Below are positions 14,197 through 26,777 of a stretch of 64,000 nt of DNA, piece after piece. A program made the translations under genes and the position numbers. The stretch's first letter is position 1. Each line of letters begins with the position of its first letter. This stretch comes from Dendrobates tinctorius (Eukaryota): positions 43,462,001-43,526,000 of the forward strand of contig NW_027361797.1 in assembly GCF_039654945.1 (NCBI RefSeq), read 5' to 3'. Below the pieces are notes generated by a model. That model had not been told where the DNA came from. It saw only the letters and a list, made by a program, of their open reading frames with translations, and did not search any database.

Positions 14197-14442
14197 AAAC
14201 TAAATAGCAAAGCCACTAAAGAAGACTCGAGGTCTCCTTGTGTGAACAGCACCCTACTCGGGCCTTTATTGTGCAATTTTATACTGGGCTGTCACCCCCT
14301 CCAGGAATGGGTAGGTGGAGAGTGGCTGTTGTTCTGGTATTTTGCACCTGTGTTGCTAACATCTTGCTTTATGGGCTGGCTGCACCCTGCAGTGCATTTG
14401 TTTCTAGACCTGGGCAGGTAAGTGTTGCTGCCGTTTTGTCTG
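14197..14442. mobile_element. 246-bp retroposed insertion with 16-bp TSD
   Basis: CAGACTCTAATGTACT at 14181-14196 and 14443-14458; AATAAA on the minus strand near 14265. Confidence 0.7.
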
Positions 14443-15994
14443 CAGACTCTAATGTACTTGTGTTGCTTAGTTGTGCTGCGGGGCCTCTCACTTCTCTCTC
14501 TACTCTGGTTAGAGCCTGTTTGTGCTCTCCTCTGAAGGGAGTAGTACACACCGTTGTAGGAAATCAGTTTCTTGGCAATCTCTCGCATGGAATAGCCTTC
14601 ATTTCTAAGAACAAGAATAGACTGTCGAGTTTCACATGAATGTTCTTTTTTTTTTTTTCTGGCCATTTTGAGAGTTTAATGGAACCAACAAATGTAATGC
14701 TCCAAATTCTCAACTAGCTCGATGGAAGGTCAGATTTATAGCTTCTCTAATCAGCCAAACTGTTTTCAGCTGTGCTAACATACTTGCACAAGGGTTTTCA
14801 AGTGTATTCTAACCATCCATTAGCCTTCTTACACAGCTGGCAAACACAAAGTACCATAAGAACACTGGAGTGATGGTTGTTGGAAATGGGCCTCTATACA
14901 CCTATGAAGATATTGCATTACAAACCAGACATTATCAGCTAGAATAGTCATTTGCCACATTAACAATGTATAGAGTGTATTTCTGAATCACATAATGTTA
15001 GCTTCATTGGAAAAAAACTGTGCTTTTCTTTCAAAAATAAGGAAATTTTTAAGTGACCCTAAACTTTTACACGGTAGTCTATAGCACCATGGAATCAGTG
15101 GTGCTCCAGAATTAATGATTTCTAATCATCAAATTCTGTTACAGGTGAGTATTATTAGCCCCAGTTACAGGGACATATCAGTTTCCAGGCTGCATAGTGG
15201 AGCTTTCTGGGTTTCCGATTCTCTCCCTACACAAAGTAATCACATGTTCTCTGGGTTCGTAGGAGGAAGCGCTGTTGGTATTTCCTAATGTGTATTTTCA
15301 AGGGCTAATTCAGTGCAGTGTGTATAGAGATCGAGTTAAATAAACCATGTTTGTCTCCTCTCTGGGACGTCTGGCTGTGTCTGACAGCTGCTTCCCACAG
15401 CAACATGATCTCCTGCAAGATGGTTAGACTGCAATGACGTGTCAGTGCCGGGACGAGTGTGCACTGCCCGGACATGAAATGTCTATGGGCCGCCCAGAAC
15501 TAGTTATTCAACCCATATTGTAAATGCTGTAAAGAGGAAGAAAAAAATAAAAATGGCAAGATTCTGTTTATTCAGTCACAACACTTCCCTTCTGTTTTTA
15601 TTATTTGTGAATTCTTTTTTCAGAGCCGGAGAAGTTGGTTCACCACATTTTAAAGGATCTGAAGAACACTACGAAGACGACGACACGGGTCATCCTTCGT
15701 ATGTTACCCGTCACCGGTATAAGGCAAGAAATAATCACATGAACAGAGAGGAGGTCATTAAGGACCTGGCAGGTGAAAAAGCATGGCGGCATCCGTGTGT
15801 AGTAGCATGCCATCCTGACGTGTCATGTGTGCTGTATTATAGCGGTGCAAAGCTTGCTTCACAAGCAAAAATTAATAACTGACATGTCCGACACTTGAGA
15901 GCATGAACAAAAATATAAAGGCTGCTTAAATTTCCACATTAGCAGGGAACATGAGAAGGGACACAGTTGTTGTGGACAGGGACAAGTTGGCATT

Positions 15995-16502
15995 CAGTCA
16001 ATCAGGTAAGTGACACACCCAGCAAATTAGTTGGCTGAAGACGGGTGCTAGTTCCTCTGAGCTCCTGTAGACCAATAGTCGAATGAGTGAAGGAACTGCA
16101 CACCTAAAGTCGCATGGACATGCTCCAGATGGGATTTATTCACCGTACTGGATATCCAATGGTTACACCACGGTAAGCGCAGCATTAGTTTCATCAGACG
16201 TATAGGCTCACTGCATATGGGTTTAGGTGATCCAGGGTGCTGGGCGGGCTTCCCCCAAACGGACAATCACTATCAAACCATATCGAGGCCTTGATATAAC
16301 CGGATACTGGTTGTGCCCATTTGGAGAAGGCCCAACCTGCACCCTGGGTTCTCTCAACCTATAGGCCATGAACATAACCTTTACGTCTGATGAAAGGGTT
16401 TTCACCCAAAACGTTAGGTAATTGGATATGCAATGCCGTCAATAAATCCAATTTGAAGAATCTTCACGTGACTTTTAGATGTGAAGTTCTTTCACTCTGT
16501 CT
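15995..16502 (+). mobile_element. 508-bp rod-folding insertion with hammerhead-like core (retrozyme-like)
   Basis: 13-bp TSD ACAAGTTGGCATT (15982-15994, 16503-16515); long imperfect inverted repeat centred on AGGCCT near 16288; CTGATGA-aa-GGGT-tttc-ACCC-aAAACGTT at 16387-16415; AATAAA at 16441. Confidence 0.7.
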
Positions 16503-16785
16503 ACAAGTTGGCATTGTATAAAACCATATCATTATTTAGCTGACACTGTGAATGCCATTAAAAAAAATTCAAATGAACAATAAGGAAGATTTTTTTATTT
16601 AATTTCTCAGGGGAGCATTGCATGGCCTAGAAGTCTCCTTACACCAACCTGACACTCTCCGAAAAGAGAGGTTTTTTTTTTTTTGACACTTTGACCCTTT
16701 ACAAAAAAAAAAACCTGCTAAAGTTGCTATTTTCTCTTCATACAAACTGAAATAAAAAGTGACAAAGTCAAATGTTCCTGTTTAA

Positions 16786-17058
16786 GGGCGAGTGCACACT
16801 TTGCGGATTGTGCTGCGGATTTTTCCGTGCGGATTTGCAGGTAAAATGACCTGCATTTTACCTGCGGTTTTCACCTGCGTTTTGACACCTGTACAATGGA
16901 ACAGGTTCCAAAATGCAGCGGAATCCGCAAAAAGAATTGACATGCTGCGGATTTAAAACCGTGGAAAAATCTGCAGCGTCTGCACTGCGTTTTTCATTTT
17001 GCATTGCCCAAAATGGTACTGTACAACGCAGCAGAATCCACAAAGTGTGCACACAGCC
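16786..17058. mobile_element. Harbinger-like palindromic MITE
   Basis: TAA flanks; GGCGAGTGCACACTTTG..CAAAGTGTGCACACAGCC inverted ends; TGCGG/CCGCA motifs. Confidence 0.7.
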
Positions 17059-18806
17059 TAAATAAATTTTTCTTCTGGATTGACTGACACAGTTTTATGT
17101 TTTAGGACTAGTTGGGAACATGAATCCGGATAATAAGGTGGACCTGACCAACCCTGAGTTCACCATTGTAGTGGAGATTATCAGAAACGTCTGCTGCCTG
17201 AGTGTGGTGAGGGACTACACCCTGTTCAGGAAGTATAACCTACAGGAGGTGATAAAGAGCACCAAAGCGGAGAAGCCACAGGAACCAGCCGGGGATGCTG
17301 GAAAAGAGAAAACACAAGAGCAAAGCAAAAAGGACCCTGCAGTGGTCGGAGACACCTAAAAACCACGTACATGTAGGGCCCAGGAGTCAGCAAAAATCCC
17401 AAGATTTTGTGGATTTTAAGACCAACCTGTAATTTGTCGAGTACAAAAAACTGTATATTGGTTTAGTAACAAACCCCTTTAGCTGCTGTTTTTCCCCCCT
17501 TTGTGTATTTTTGCCCCCCCCCCCCCCCCCCTTAGAGCAGCGCTTGAAATTAGTGATTTTCTGATTTTATTAAGATCATGGTGCACATGGATGATTTGGT
17601 CATTGTGTTGCTTTCCAGTTATGTTTACTATGGCATTAAAACTGGGTTCCTGTGGGAAAATAAAGTTTTATTTTTTAATTTTGGGTAGGTTTTTATTTAA
17701 AAATGTGAGTGATGGAACCCAGAAACCTTTTACGGCACCAGAAGATGTGGTCTGCAGAGCTCAGACACCTTGGCATGTGTTTTTGTATCCTTGCTTCTTC
17801 AGGAGTGGAGAAAAGAATAGAGGTTGTCCACTACTTTAGCTTCCTTTGGATAGGTCATCAATGTCTGATCGGTCGGGGTCCAAAACCCAGCACCACCGCC
17901 GATCCTAGGTATCGTCCGGAAATGCTCACTTGCAGAGCTGGCTGTCTTCTGACCATGGCTGCAGCTTGGGACTGCACACCTGCCTCCTATTGATTTGAAT
18001 AGGAGGCGGATGTGTAGTACACTGCTGCGGCCACTATCACAAGACAGCCACGCTCCACAAATGAGTATTTCCGGCCGGTCGCTGGCACCGAGAACATCTG
18101 ATCGGCGGGGTTGATGTATGTTGGACCCCGACCGATCACACATTGATGACCTATCCTATGCAAGACTGGGCGTGAGCTCCCTTCTTTGAGCTGGAAACTG
18201 CATCTACATAGCTTTCTCAAGGCTGATGTCCACAGTTCGGCACCTGGTCCTCTGTCTGCCCTAATTCACACACTGAGGTCAACTCTGACACATGGTAAGG
18301 TTTTTAATATTAGACACTGTAGGACCAACCCGATCAGGGTCACCTTGTGTTTTATGCTATTTTTTATCAAAAACAGTGTTACCATGAACCCTGTTATTTA
18401 AATGCACTTTTCCTTTTTACTTGTTTAGTTACAGCAGAGTTTGTGTTCATTTTGCTTCTTGTAGGTTTTGTATGATTTATAGCCAATGTGAACATGCGTT
18501 TAGGTGCTGCATGTTTACCCCTCCAACCAAACTCAATTTTTGTGTTCAATCAGGAATGTTGAATAGTTCTTCTGATTAGCTATGTCGCTTACCCCATGCA
18601 CAGGCCATTGCAGTAGCTTAGGTGTCCATACAGTTGCTAGTGGTTGTAACCTTCGATACTCGAGCTACTGCAATGCCCTGCACATGGGGTAAGCGACATA
18701 TCAAATCAGTAAAGGTATACTACATTTCTGATTTGAGGTATTAGCTAATATTATTACACCTACTATATATTGGGATGGGATCTTGGAGATGGGAATATTC
18801 CTTTAA

Positions 18807-19411
18807 AGGGAATCTGTCACCCTTTTTAGCCCCTATTAGCTGCCGGCATAGACATCGGGGGCTTATCTACAGCATTGTGTAATGCTGTAGATAAGCCCCA
18901 GATGTAACCTGAAAGAGAAGAAAAACACGTTATATTATACTCACCGAGGTGGGCGGTCCGGTCCGATTGGTGTCGACGTCCCGTCCGGCGCCTCCCTTCT
19001 TCATGCGATGACGTCCTCTTCTCCCGTCCTGTAATGGCTCCGACGCAGGCGCACAGCTCTGCCCTGTTGAGGGCAGAGCAGAGTCCTGCAGTGCACAGGC
19101 GTCGGGAGAGGTCTGGCGCCTGCGCGCTGCAGAATTGTGCTTTGCCCTCAACAGGGCAGAGCTGTGCGCCTGCGCCGGAGCCATTACAGGACGGGAGAAG
19201 AGGACGTCATCGCATGAAGAAGGGAGGCGCCGGACGGGACGGCGACACCCATCGGACCGGACCGCCCACCTCGGTGAGTATAATATAACGTGTTTTTCTT
19301 CTCTTTCAGGTTACATCTGGGGCTTATCTACAGCATTACACAATGCTGTAGATAAGCCCCCGATGTCTATGCCGGCAGCTAATAGGGGCTAAAAAGGGTG
19401 ACAGATTCCCT
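18807..19411. mobile_element. Kolobok/T2-type MITE, near-perfect 605-bp palindrome
   Basis: TTAA TSD, AGGGAATCTGTCACC..GGTGACAGATTCCCT termini; empty site in the paralogous segment near 7492 (ATTCCTTTAAAGCTAC). Confidence 0.92.
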
Positions 19412-19543
19412 TTAAAGCTACTTGACAAAATTAAAAAAAGCAATCTTATCTAAAAATACAGAAAGATAAAGATATTAAATTCACAATGTATGGACAATAG
19501 ATAGATATCCTGCAGATATATAATTTCATAACCCCCTTATATA

Positions 19544-19993
19544 CACTGCTCAAAAAAATAAAGGGAACACTTAAACAACAGAATATAACTCAAAGTAAAT
19601 CAAACTCTGTGAAGTGAAACTGTCCACTTAGGAAGCAACTCTGATTGACAATCAATTTCACATGCTGTTGTGCAAATGGAATAGACAACAGATGGAAATT
19701 GTCAATTATCAAGACACCCTCAATAAAGGAGTGGTTCTGCAGGTGGGGACCACAGACCACATCTCAGTACCAATACTTTCTGGCTGATGTTTTGGTCACT
19801 TTTGAATGTTGGTTGTGCTTTCACACTCGTGGTAGCATGAGACGGACTCTACAACCCACCCAAGTGGCTCAGGTAGTGCAGCTCATCCGGGATGGCACAT
19901 CAATGTGAGCTGTGGCAAGAAGGTTTTGCTGTGCCTGTCAGCGTAGTGTCCAGAGGCTTGAGGCGCTACCAGGAGACAGGCTAGTACACCAGG
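19544..19993 (+). mobile_element. Tc1 left end, truncated
   Basis: TA-CACTGCTCAAAAAAATAAAGGGAACAC TIR; transposase start MRRTLQPTQVAQVVQL.. Confidence 0.85.
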
Positions 19994-20527
19994 TCCCTCA
20001 TGGTATGGTTAAGCACATTGGAGGACCAGCTAAAGGAAGATCCGTATGCGGAGGCTGCGGAAACTGCACTGCCAATGATTAAGGGAGCAGCGGCTTTTTT
20101 GGCAGATGCATCTGCCAATTCGGCTAGGCTGGCTGCAAGATCGGCAGCATTGTCAAACGCGGTCTGCAGAGTGGTCTGGTTAAAGAGCTGCCCTGGAGAT
20201 GCTCAGGCCAGAGGTAATTTATGTTCCCTTCCATGTGAGGGACCGTATTTGTATGGGCCAGCCCTAGACAATTTATTAGAGAAAGCGGACGTTAAGAAGA
20301 AAGGATTCCCTAAACTACCCCACTCTTCTTTTAATCGGTCCTTTCGGAGGAGAGATTATAACAAAAAACAAGGGGATTTATGGATCAGAAAAAGAAGCCT
20401 TATATCCACTCAGTGATCAGAAAAAGAAGCAGGATAGTCGCAGAGGATCCAAAGGGTTCTTCTTTGGCGCCTCCTCCCGAATAGATTGGAAATCCTCCAA
20501 ATGACTCAATCTCCCAGGTGGGGGAAG

Positions 20528-21335
20528 TGTTATAAGCTCATTTTCTCCTTCACCTCTGATGTCTGATGAACTCCCTCTGCTGGTGAAGGGGGGTGGTGAA
20601 GCTGATCTGAATGGGAGAGACTTGTCATCAGATCAGGTGGAGTGTGATTGGACATCCGGAATCACTGAGTGGATATAAGGCTGCCAACGCCCTGCTGGGT
20701 TGCTGGTGATACTTCTCTGCTCAGAGCTCTGGCCTCCAGTTTATTCCAGTCTTCTAAAAGCTAAGTTTTGCTCTTCTGTTGTTCCATGAGATTTTGTCTG
20801 GTTTGCTTAGTGTATGTGTTCAGCCAGGTCTTGCTGGGACTGGCTGGACTCCATTTTTGTCTCTGATCAGTTGCCCTCTTTTGCTCTGTTTTCAGAATAT
20901 ACCTGAGTGCTGATATAGTGATTTTGAAGTCTAGTGACTTCAGGGCCTTTTTCTATCAGACAGTTGGTTTTTTTGCGCGATTGCAGACAGCAGCTGTTCT
21001 GTCCTGTCTTATCTAGTTAGTAAGGGCCCCATCGTTTGCTCAGCCTGTCTTTCTATCTGTGTTTGTGCTTTCTTCTGTTTTTCACTGTCAATACATGTTG
21101 GGGGCTGCCTATTGCTTTGGGGTCTGCTCTGGGGCAGTTTAGATTTCCCCTTTCTTTAGGTTTATGTAGTTCTCCGGCTGTGATCGAGGGGTCTAGGACC
21201 ACCGTAGGAACCCCCCACGGCTACTGTTAGTTGTGGTGATCAGGATCAGGGGTCTGCAATCCGCTTGCTACCAACCTCTCAATTTTCTGGACTTAGCTTG
21301 TATTTTTGTTTTCCTCCGGTGACTCAATCATAACA
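20528..21335. mobile_element. Solo LTR (808 bp) in the DIRS RT
   Basis: TGTTAT...ATAACA termini; 6-bp TSD GGGAAG splitting the VGGRL motif. Confidence 0.88.
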
Positions 21336-21917
21336 GGGAAGACTCTTCCGCTTCCTTCCAGCCTGGTAAAGAATATCTTCAAGACCCTGGATTCTCAATC
21401 TAGTTGGGGCAGGGCTGAAACTAGATTTCAGAAGGCACCCCTCGGACAAGTTTATCATCACGACTCCACGAGTATCCAACGCGGAGCAGAGAGCCCTAGA
21501 AATGGAGGTTCTAAGCCTCCTAGAGAAGAAGGTCCTTCAGTATGTACCAGCAGAAGAGCCGGAGAAAGGCTTCTATTGTCTGCTGTTTCTTATAAAAAAA
21601 AAGCTGGATGGCTCTTACAGGACCATCTTCAACCTCAAAGGCCTGAACAAGTACTTAGAGATCCCAAAATTCAAGATGAAATCAGTGAGGTCGGCCATTC
21701 AGTTACTTTTCCCCAGCTGCTATATGGCCGTCCTGGACTTGAAGGATGCGTATTATCACGTGCCCATTCATTCACACAACAGACAATTCCTCAGGGTAGC
21801 GGTGCCGATAGATGGCGAAATCAAACATCTTCAATACAAGGCGCTTCCATTCGGGCTGGCAATAGCCCCTCGAGTGTTTACAAAGTTGGTAGCGGAAGTT
21901 ACGGCTCACCTGAGAGG

Positions 21918-24245
21918 CAGTGCCCTGGATGAATTTGCACCCCCTATAAATAGAACACAACAACACAGACGGCGACAACCCTGGCACACCCTGCAAACAC
22001 GTTTCCTGCAGCGGTGCTCCAGGTGCGCCGAACGTCTGTGGAGAAAATCCAATCTACAGAAAGATTTCATGCATTATAAGTTTATGCTTAGAACATACAA
22101 CACTGCACTTCACCTCTCCAAACAAACTTATTTCAACACCCTCATCACCTCACTGTCCAATAACCCGATACGTCTCTTTGACACTTTTCATTCTCTACTC
22201 AACCCAAGAGTACAGGCCCCAACCATGGAGCTCCGAGCTGACGATCTGGCCAATTACTTCAAAGAAAAAATTGACCAGATCCGACAGGAAATTATCTCCC
22301 AATCCCCTCATACCATGCACTGTCCTCCCTCCCCCACTGCATCTAGCTCACTCTCTAATTTTGAACCAGTCACAGAAGTAGTAAGCAAGCTTCTTGCATC
22401 TTCTCGCCCAACCACTTGCACCAGTGACCCATTTCTGTCACATCTACTCCAGTCCCTTTCCCCTGCTGTCACCCGTCACCTATCTAAAATATTTAACCTC
22501 TCTCTCTCTTCTGGTTTCTTTCCCTCCTCATTTAAGCATGCCATCATACATCCACTACTTAAAAAACCATCCCTCGACCAAAACTGTGCCGCTAACTATA
22601 GACCTGTCTCTAATCTTCCCTTCATCTCTAAACTCCTGGAACGCCTGGTCCACTCCCATCTTATCCGCTATCTCTTTGATAACTCTCTTCTCGACCCTCT
22701 CCATTCTGGTTTTCCGCTCTTTACACTCTACTGAAACTGCCCTCACTAAAGTCTCTAATGATCTACTGACAGCTAAATCAAATGGTCATTACTCCATGCT
22801 AATTCTCTTGGATCTCTGCAGCATTCGACACTGTGGATCATCAGCTCCTCCTCACTATGCTCCGTTCCATTGGCCTCAAGGACACCGTTCTCTCCTATCT
22901 CTCTGACTGCTCCTTTACTGTATCTTTTGCTGGCTCCTCCTCCTCTCATCTTCCACTTACTGTTGGGGTTCCTCAAGGATCGGTTCTAGGCCCCCTCCTC
23001 TTCTCCTTGTACACTGCCCCTATTGGTCAAACAATCAGTACCATCTCTATGCCGATGACACCCAATTATACGCTTCTTCTCCTGACATCACGCCAGCCTT
23101 TCTAGAAAACACCGGCGATTGTCTAAACGCTGTGTCTAACATCATGTCCTCACTATATCTGAAACTGAACCTGTCAAAGACTGAACTCCTAGTGTTTCCT
23201 CCCGCTACTAATGTACCTATACCTGACATTGCCATTTCCGTGTGTGGCTCCACTATTACTCCCCAGCAACATGCCTGCTGTCTTGGGGTCATACTTGACT
23301 CCGAGCTTTCCTTTGCCCCCCACATTCGATCACTGGCTCGCTCTTGTCATCTGCACCTCAAAAACATTTCTAGAATTCGACCATTTCTTACTTTTGACTC
23401 CGCAAAAACTCTTACTGTTTCTCTTATTCATTCTCGTCTGGACTATTGTAACTCTCTTCTAATCGGTCTCCCTCTTACCAAACTCTCCCCTCTCCAATCT
23501 GTCTTGAATGCTGCAGCCAGGATCATATTCCTCACCAATCGTTACACCGATGCCTCTACCTTGTGCCAGTCATTACACTGGCTACCCATCCACTCCAGAA
23601 TTCAGTATAAACTTATTACCCTCACCCACAAAGCCCTCCATGGCTCAGCACCACCCTACATCTCTCTTGTTTCAGAATACCATCCTACCTGCGCCCTCTG
23701 TTCTGCTGATGACGTGAGTATAAGCATCCTCAATAATCAGAACCTCCCACTCCCGTCTCCAAGACTTTGCACGTGCCGCGCCAATTCTTTGAAAGGCACT
23801 TCCCAGGACAATACGATTAGTCCCCAATCCCTACAATTTTAAGCGTGCCCTGAAAACTCATTAATTCAGACTGGCCTATCGCCTCAACACATTAACCTAA
23901 TCTATCCCTGTGTGGCACAGCCAAAAGTTTTACCATAACCAGGTTTCCCGCATCATGATCACACATGCTTTATGCATCCATTAGCCTTCTGTGTCTGTAC
24001 TGTTACACACTTAACATTATGGCTGGTCCATACAATCAGGGCAATTGTTACTACCCACCTTTCATGTCTACCTCTTTCCTCATAGATTGTAAGCTTGCGA
24101 GCAGGGCTCTCATTCCTCTTGGTATCTGTTATGATCTATGTGATTATTGTTAAGCTGTAATGTCTATTGTCTGTACAAGTCCCCTCTGAAATGTAAAGTG
24201 CTGCGGAATATGTCGGCGCTATAGAAAATTTTTTTATTATTATTA
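21918..24245 (+). mobile_element. 5'-truncated L2 LINE in the DIRS RT
   Basis: [48 protein letters not shown]; 3' TTATTATTATT tail; frameshifts. Confidence 0.92.
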
Positions 24246-25091
24246 AAGGGACAGACTAGTGATTCCATACCTGAATGATTTTTAATGGTCGGTCCTTTAC
24301 TCACTGCCAACGTCAAGTAGAAGACATAATGAATAATATTAGCGGGATTGTATATCCAAAAAACTGATTGTGAATAGCAATGGATAAAATTTAACTTTTA
24401 ATGAGGGTCTAATTAAAATGTGACAAACAACACCCTTGTGAAAAAAACTCAAATAAAAAAATCCACAAAAAGACACGAAGACACAGATAAAAAATACTCG
24501 CAGATATTTATCTGCCTACAAATGAGTATGAGGCCTCTAGTAATTAGTGAATATTCTTAGTGTAGTTGTCTAGAGGAACCACAGTATTCAATATAATGTA
24601 CTTGCACTGTGGTCAAATAATCACATTTCCATCATCACAATTATTAGCCACTGCAAATAAGGAAACATATCCATAAATGTTTTATATAAAGCAATGAACA
24701 ATAGTCCCCTTTATACCAATAGCCGTAACACATAGGCACATAATTGCATATAGTCACAATTCCTCTACAGCGCTACAAAATAAAACATAGACATTCTGTA
24801 AATGACATGAGGCCAATATATATGCAGCATAAAATATAAAGGCAGGAATGAAGGAAGAGAGTTCGAAACTGGTCACACTAAAAGAACCATAATACCTCAC
24901 TGAATCAGTGAGCATTCAAGGTGACCATGAAAGTTCGAACACAGCAATGCCGCATTTATCACATATTACTGCGGCTTTAATATTGTCAGATCTCACCCAA
25001 AAATGAGGAGTCCATTCCTTCCAGTACCCTTTAGAATGACCGTAGAACCATGACGGGCGATACCAGGCACTGCCTGCCTAGAGGATTGCGT

Positions 25092-25130
25092 CTCCTGACG
25101 CGTTTCGTTATAGTACACTCATCAGGGGAG
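25092..25130 (-). ncRNA. Minimal type I hammerhead ribozyme motif (Penelope-type)
   Basis: Minus strand CTCCC-CTGATGA-GTGTACTATAAC-GAAA-CGCG-TC-AGGAG: intact core, palindromic ACGCGT stem III, CTCC/GGAG stem I. Confidence 0.75.
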
Positions 25131-25515
25131 TTATAGCAAAAAATACCGCTGCCTTACCGTCATCCCCCGCTTTTGTGGTTCATATAGTTTGAGCTGGAGG
25201 CCGCGTCCTTTGTAAGCCACGCCCCCGGCGTGTGACGCGCTGCAAATGGGACGGCGCTGTGACTGACATCACCATGATGTAGAACCCATCATGGTTCTAC
25301 GGTCATTCTAAAGGGTATTGGAAGGAATGGACTCCTCATTTTTGGGTGAGATCTGACAATATTAATGTGTGCCGCAAGAATATGTGATAAATGCGGCATT
25401 GCTGTGTTCGAACTTTCATGGTCACCTTGAATGCTCACTGATTCAGTGAGGTATTATGGTTCTTTTAGTGTGACCAGTTTCGAACTCTCTTCCTTCATTC
25501 CTGCCTTTATATTAT

Positions 25516-26604
25516 ACTAGCTGAAGAGCCCGGCGCTGCCCGGGCATAGTAACTAACTGTGGTTAGTTATAACAAATTATAATTATCCTCCATCCCATAG
25601 GCCCGTGCCCATATACCCATCATACATATCCTCCATCTCATAGTCGAGTGCCCATATACCCATCACACATCCTCCATCCCATAGGCCCGTGCCCATATAC
25701 CCATCATACATATTGCCCATCCCATAGTCGAGTGCCCATATACCCATCATACATATCCTCCATCCCATAGTTCAGTGCCCATATAACCATCACACATCCT
25801 CCATCCCATAGTCCCATGCCCATAAACCCATCATACATATTCTCCATCCCATAGTCCCATGCCCATATACCCATCATACATATTCTCCATCCCATAGTCC
25901 CATGTCCATATACCCATCATACATATTCGCCATCCCATAGTCGAGTGCCCATATATCCATCACACATCCTTCATCTCATAGTCCCATGCCCATATACCCA
26001 TCATACATATCCTCCATCCCATAGTCCCATGCCCATATACCCATCATACATATCCTCCATCCCATAGTCCCATGCCCATATACCCGTCATACATATCCTC
26101 CATCCCATAGTCCAATGCCCATATACCCATCACACATCCTCCATCTGATAGTCCCGTGCCCATATACATATCCGCCATCCCATAGTCCCGTGCCCATATA
26201 CCCGTCATACATATCCTCCATCCCATAGTCCCATGCCCATATACCCATCACACATCCTCCAACCCATAGTCAACCATTATGACATCATAATGAGCGGCGG
26301 CGGGGCTTGCAATCTATGATGACATCAGCGCCGCCATGGCAACCATTGTGACATCATAATGAGGGGCGGGGCTTGATACGCACACACTGCTTCCCCAGTA
26401 TGCAAATACAGGCATTATGACTTCATAATTAGGGGCGGGGCTTGACGCGCACACACTTTTCCCCCAGTATGTAGATAGGGGCAAAATTGTTTGGTGAATT
26501 GGAACGCGCGGGGTTAAAATTTCACCTCACAACATAGCTTAGGACGCTCTCGGGGTCCAGACGTGTGACTGTGCCAAATTTTGTGGCTGTAGCTGCGACG
26601 GTGC
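25516..26604 (-). mobile_element. Helitron-N with ~38-42-bp minisatellite (25585-26270), runs into the gap
   Basis: Minus-strand 3' hairpin GCCCGGGCAGCGCCGGGC followed by CTTCAGCTAG|T. Confidence 0.75.
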
Positions 26605-26777
26605 NNNNNNNNNNNNNNNNNNNNNNNNNNNNNNNNNNNNNNNNNNNNNNNNNNNNNNNNNNNNNNNNNNNNNNNNNNNNNNNNNNNNNNNNNNNNNNNN
26701 NNNNNNNNNNNNNNNNNNNNNNNNNNNNNNNNNNNNNNNNNNNNNNNNNNNNNNNNNNNNNNNNNNNNNNNNNNNNN
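26605..26777. other. Assembly gap (N run)
   Basis: Run of n. Confidence 1.

Larger units (their letters stand above)
12813..15079 (-). mobile_element. Tc1 transposon, degraded, inserted in an L2 tail remnant
   Basis: TA-CACTACCGTTCC..GGGTCAC and GTGACCCTAAACTTTTACACGGTAGTC-TA TIRs; transposase WTDESKF, QDNDPKH, PDLNPTE (13400-13957) and an N-terminal HTH fragment (to 14666). Confidence 0.9.
11159..17359 (+). pseudogene. THUMPD1: THUMPD1 pseudogene copy 1 (exons 11159-11359, 15624-15772, 17106-17359)
   Basis: Exon 1 GILITCNMNERKCVGEAYSLLNE..GAEK|GT; exon 3 PEKLVHHILKDL..RVILRMLPVTG jumps out of frame to YKARNNHMNREEVIKDLAG (internal deletion); last exon KVDLTNPEFTIVVEII..CCLSVVRDYTLFRKYNLQEV; no exon 2 recognised. 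Confidence 0.85.

Noticed and set aside
16160-16205. Second, minus-strand hammerhead in the rod element
   Set aside because: CTGATGA is present but there is no downstream GAAA or stem II.
18930-19392. Mirror-image ORFs on both strands
   Set aside because: A consequence of the palindromic MITE.
21502-22734. 410-aa ORF resembling a novel double-RT protein
   Set aside because: Chance in-frame fusion of DIRS RT and the inserted L2 at about 21918; both parts are broken downstream.
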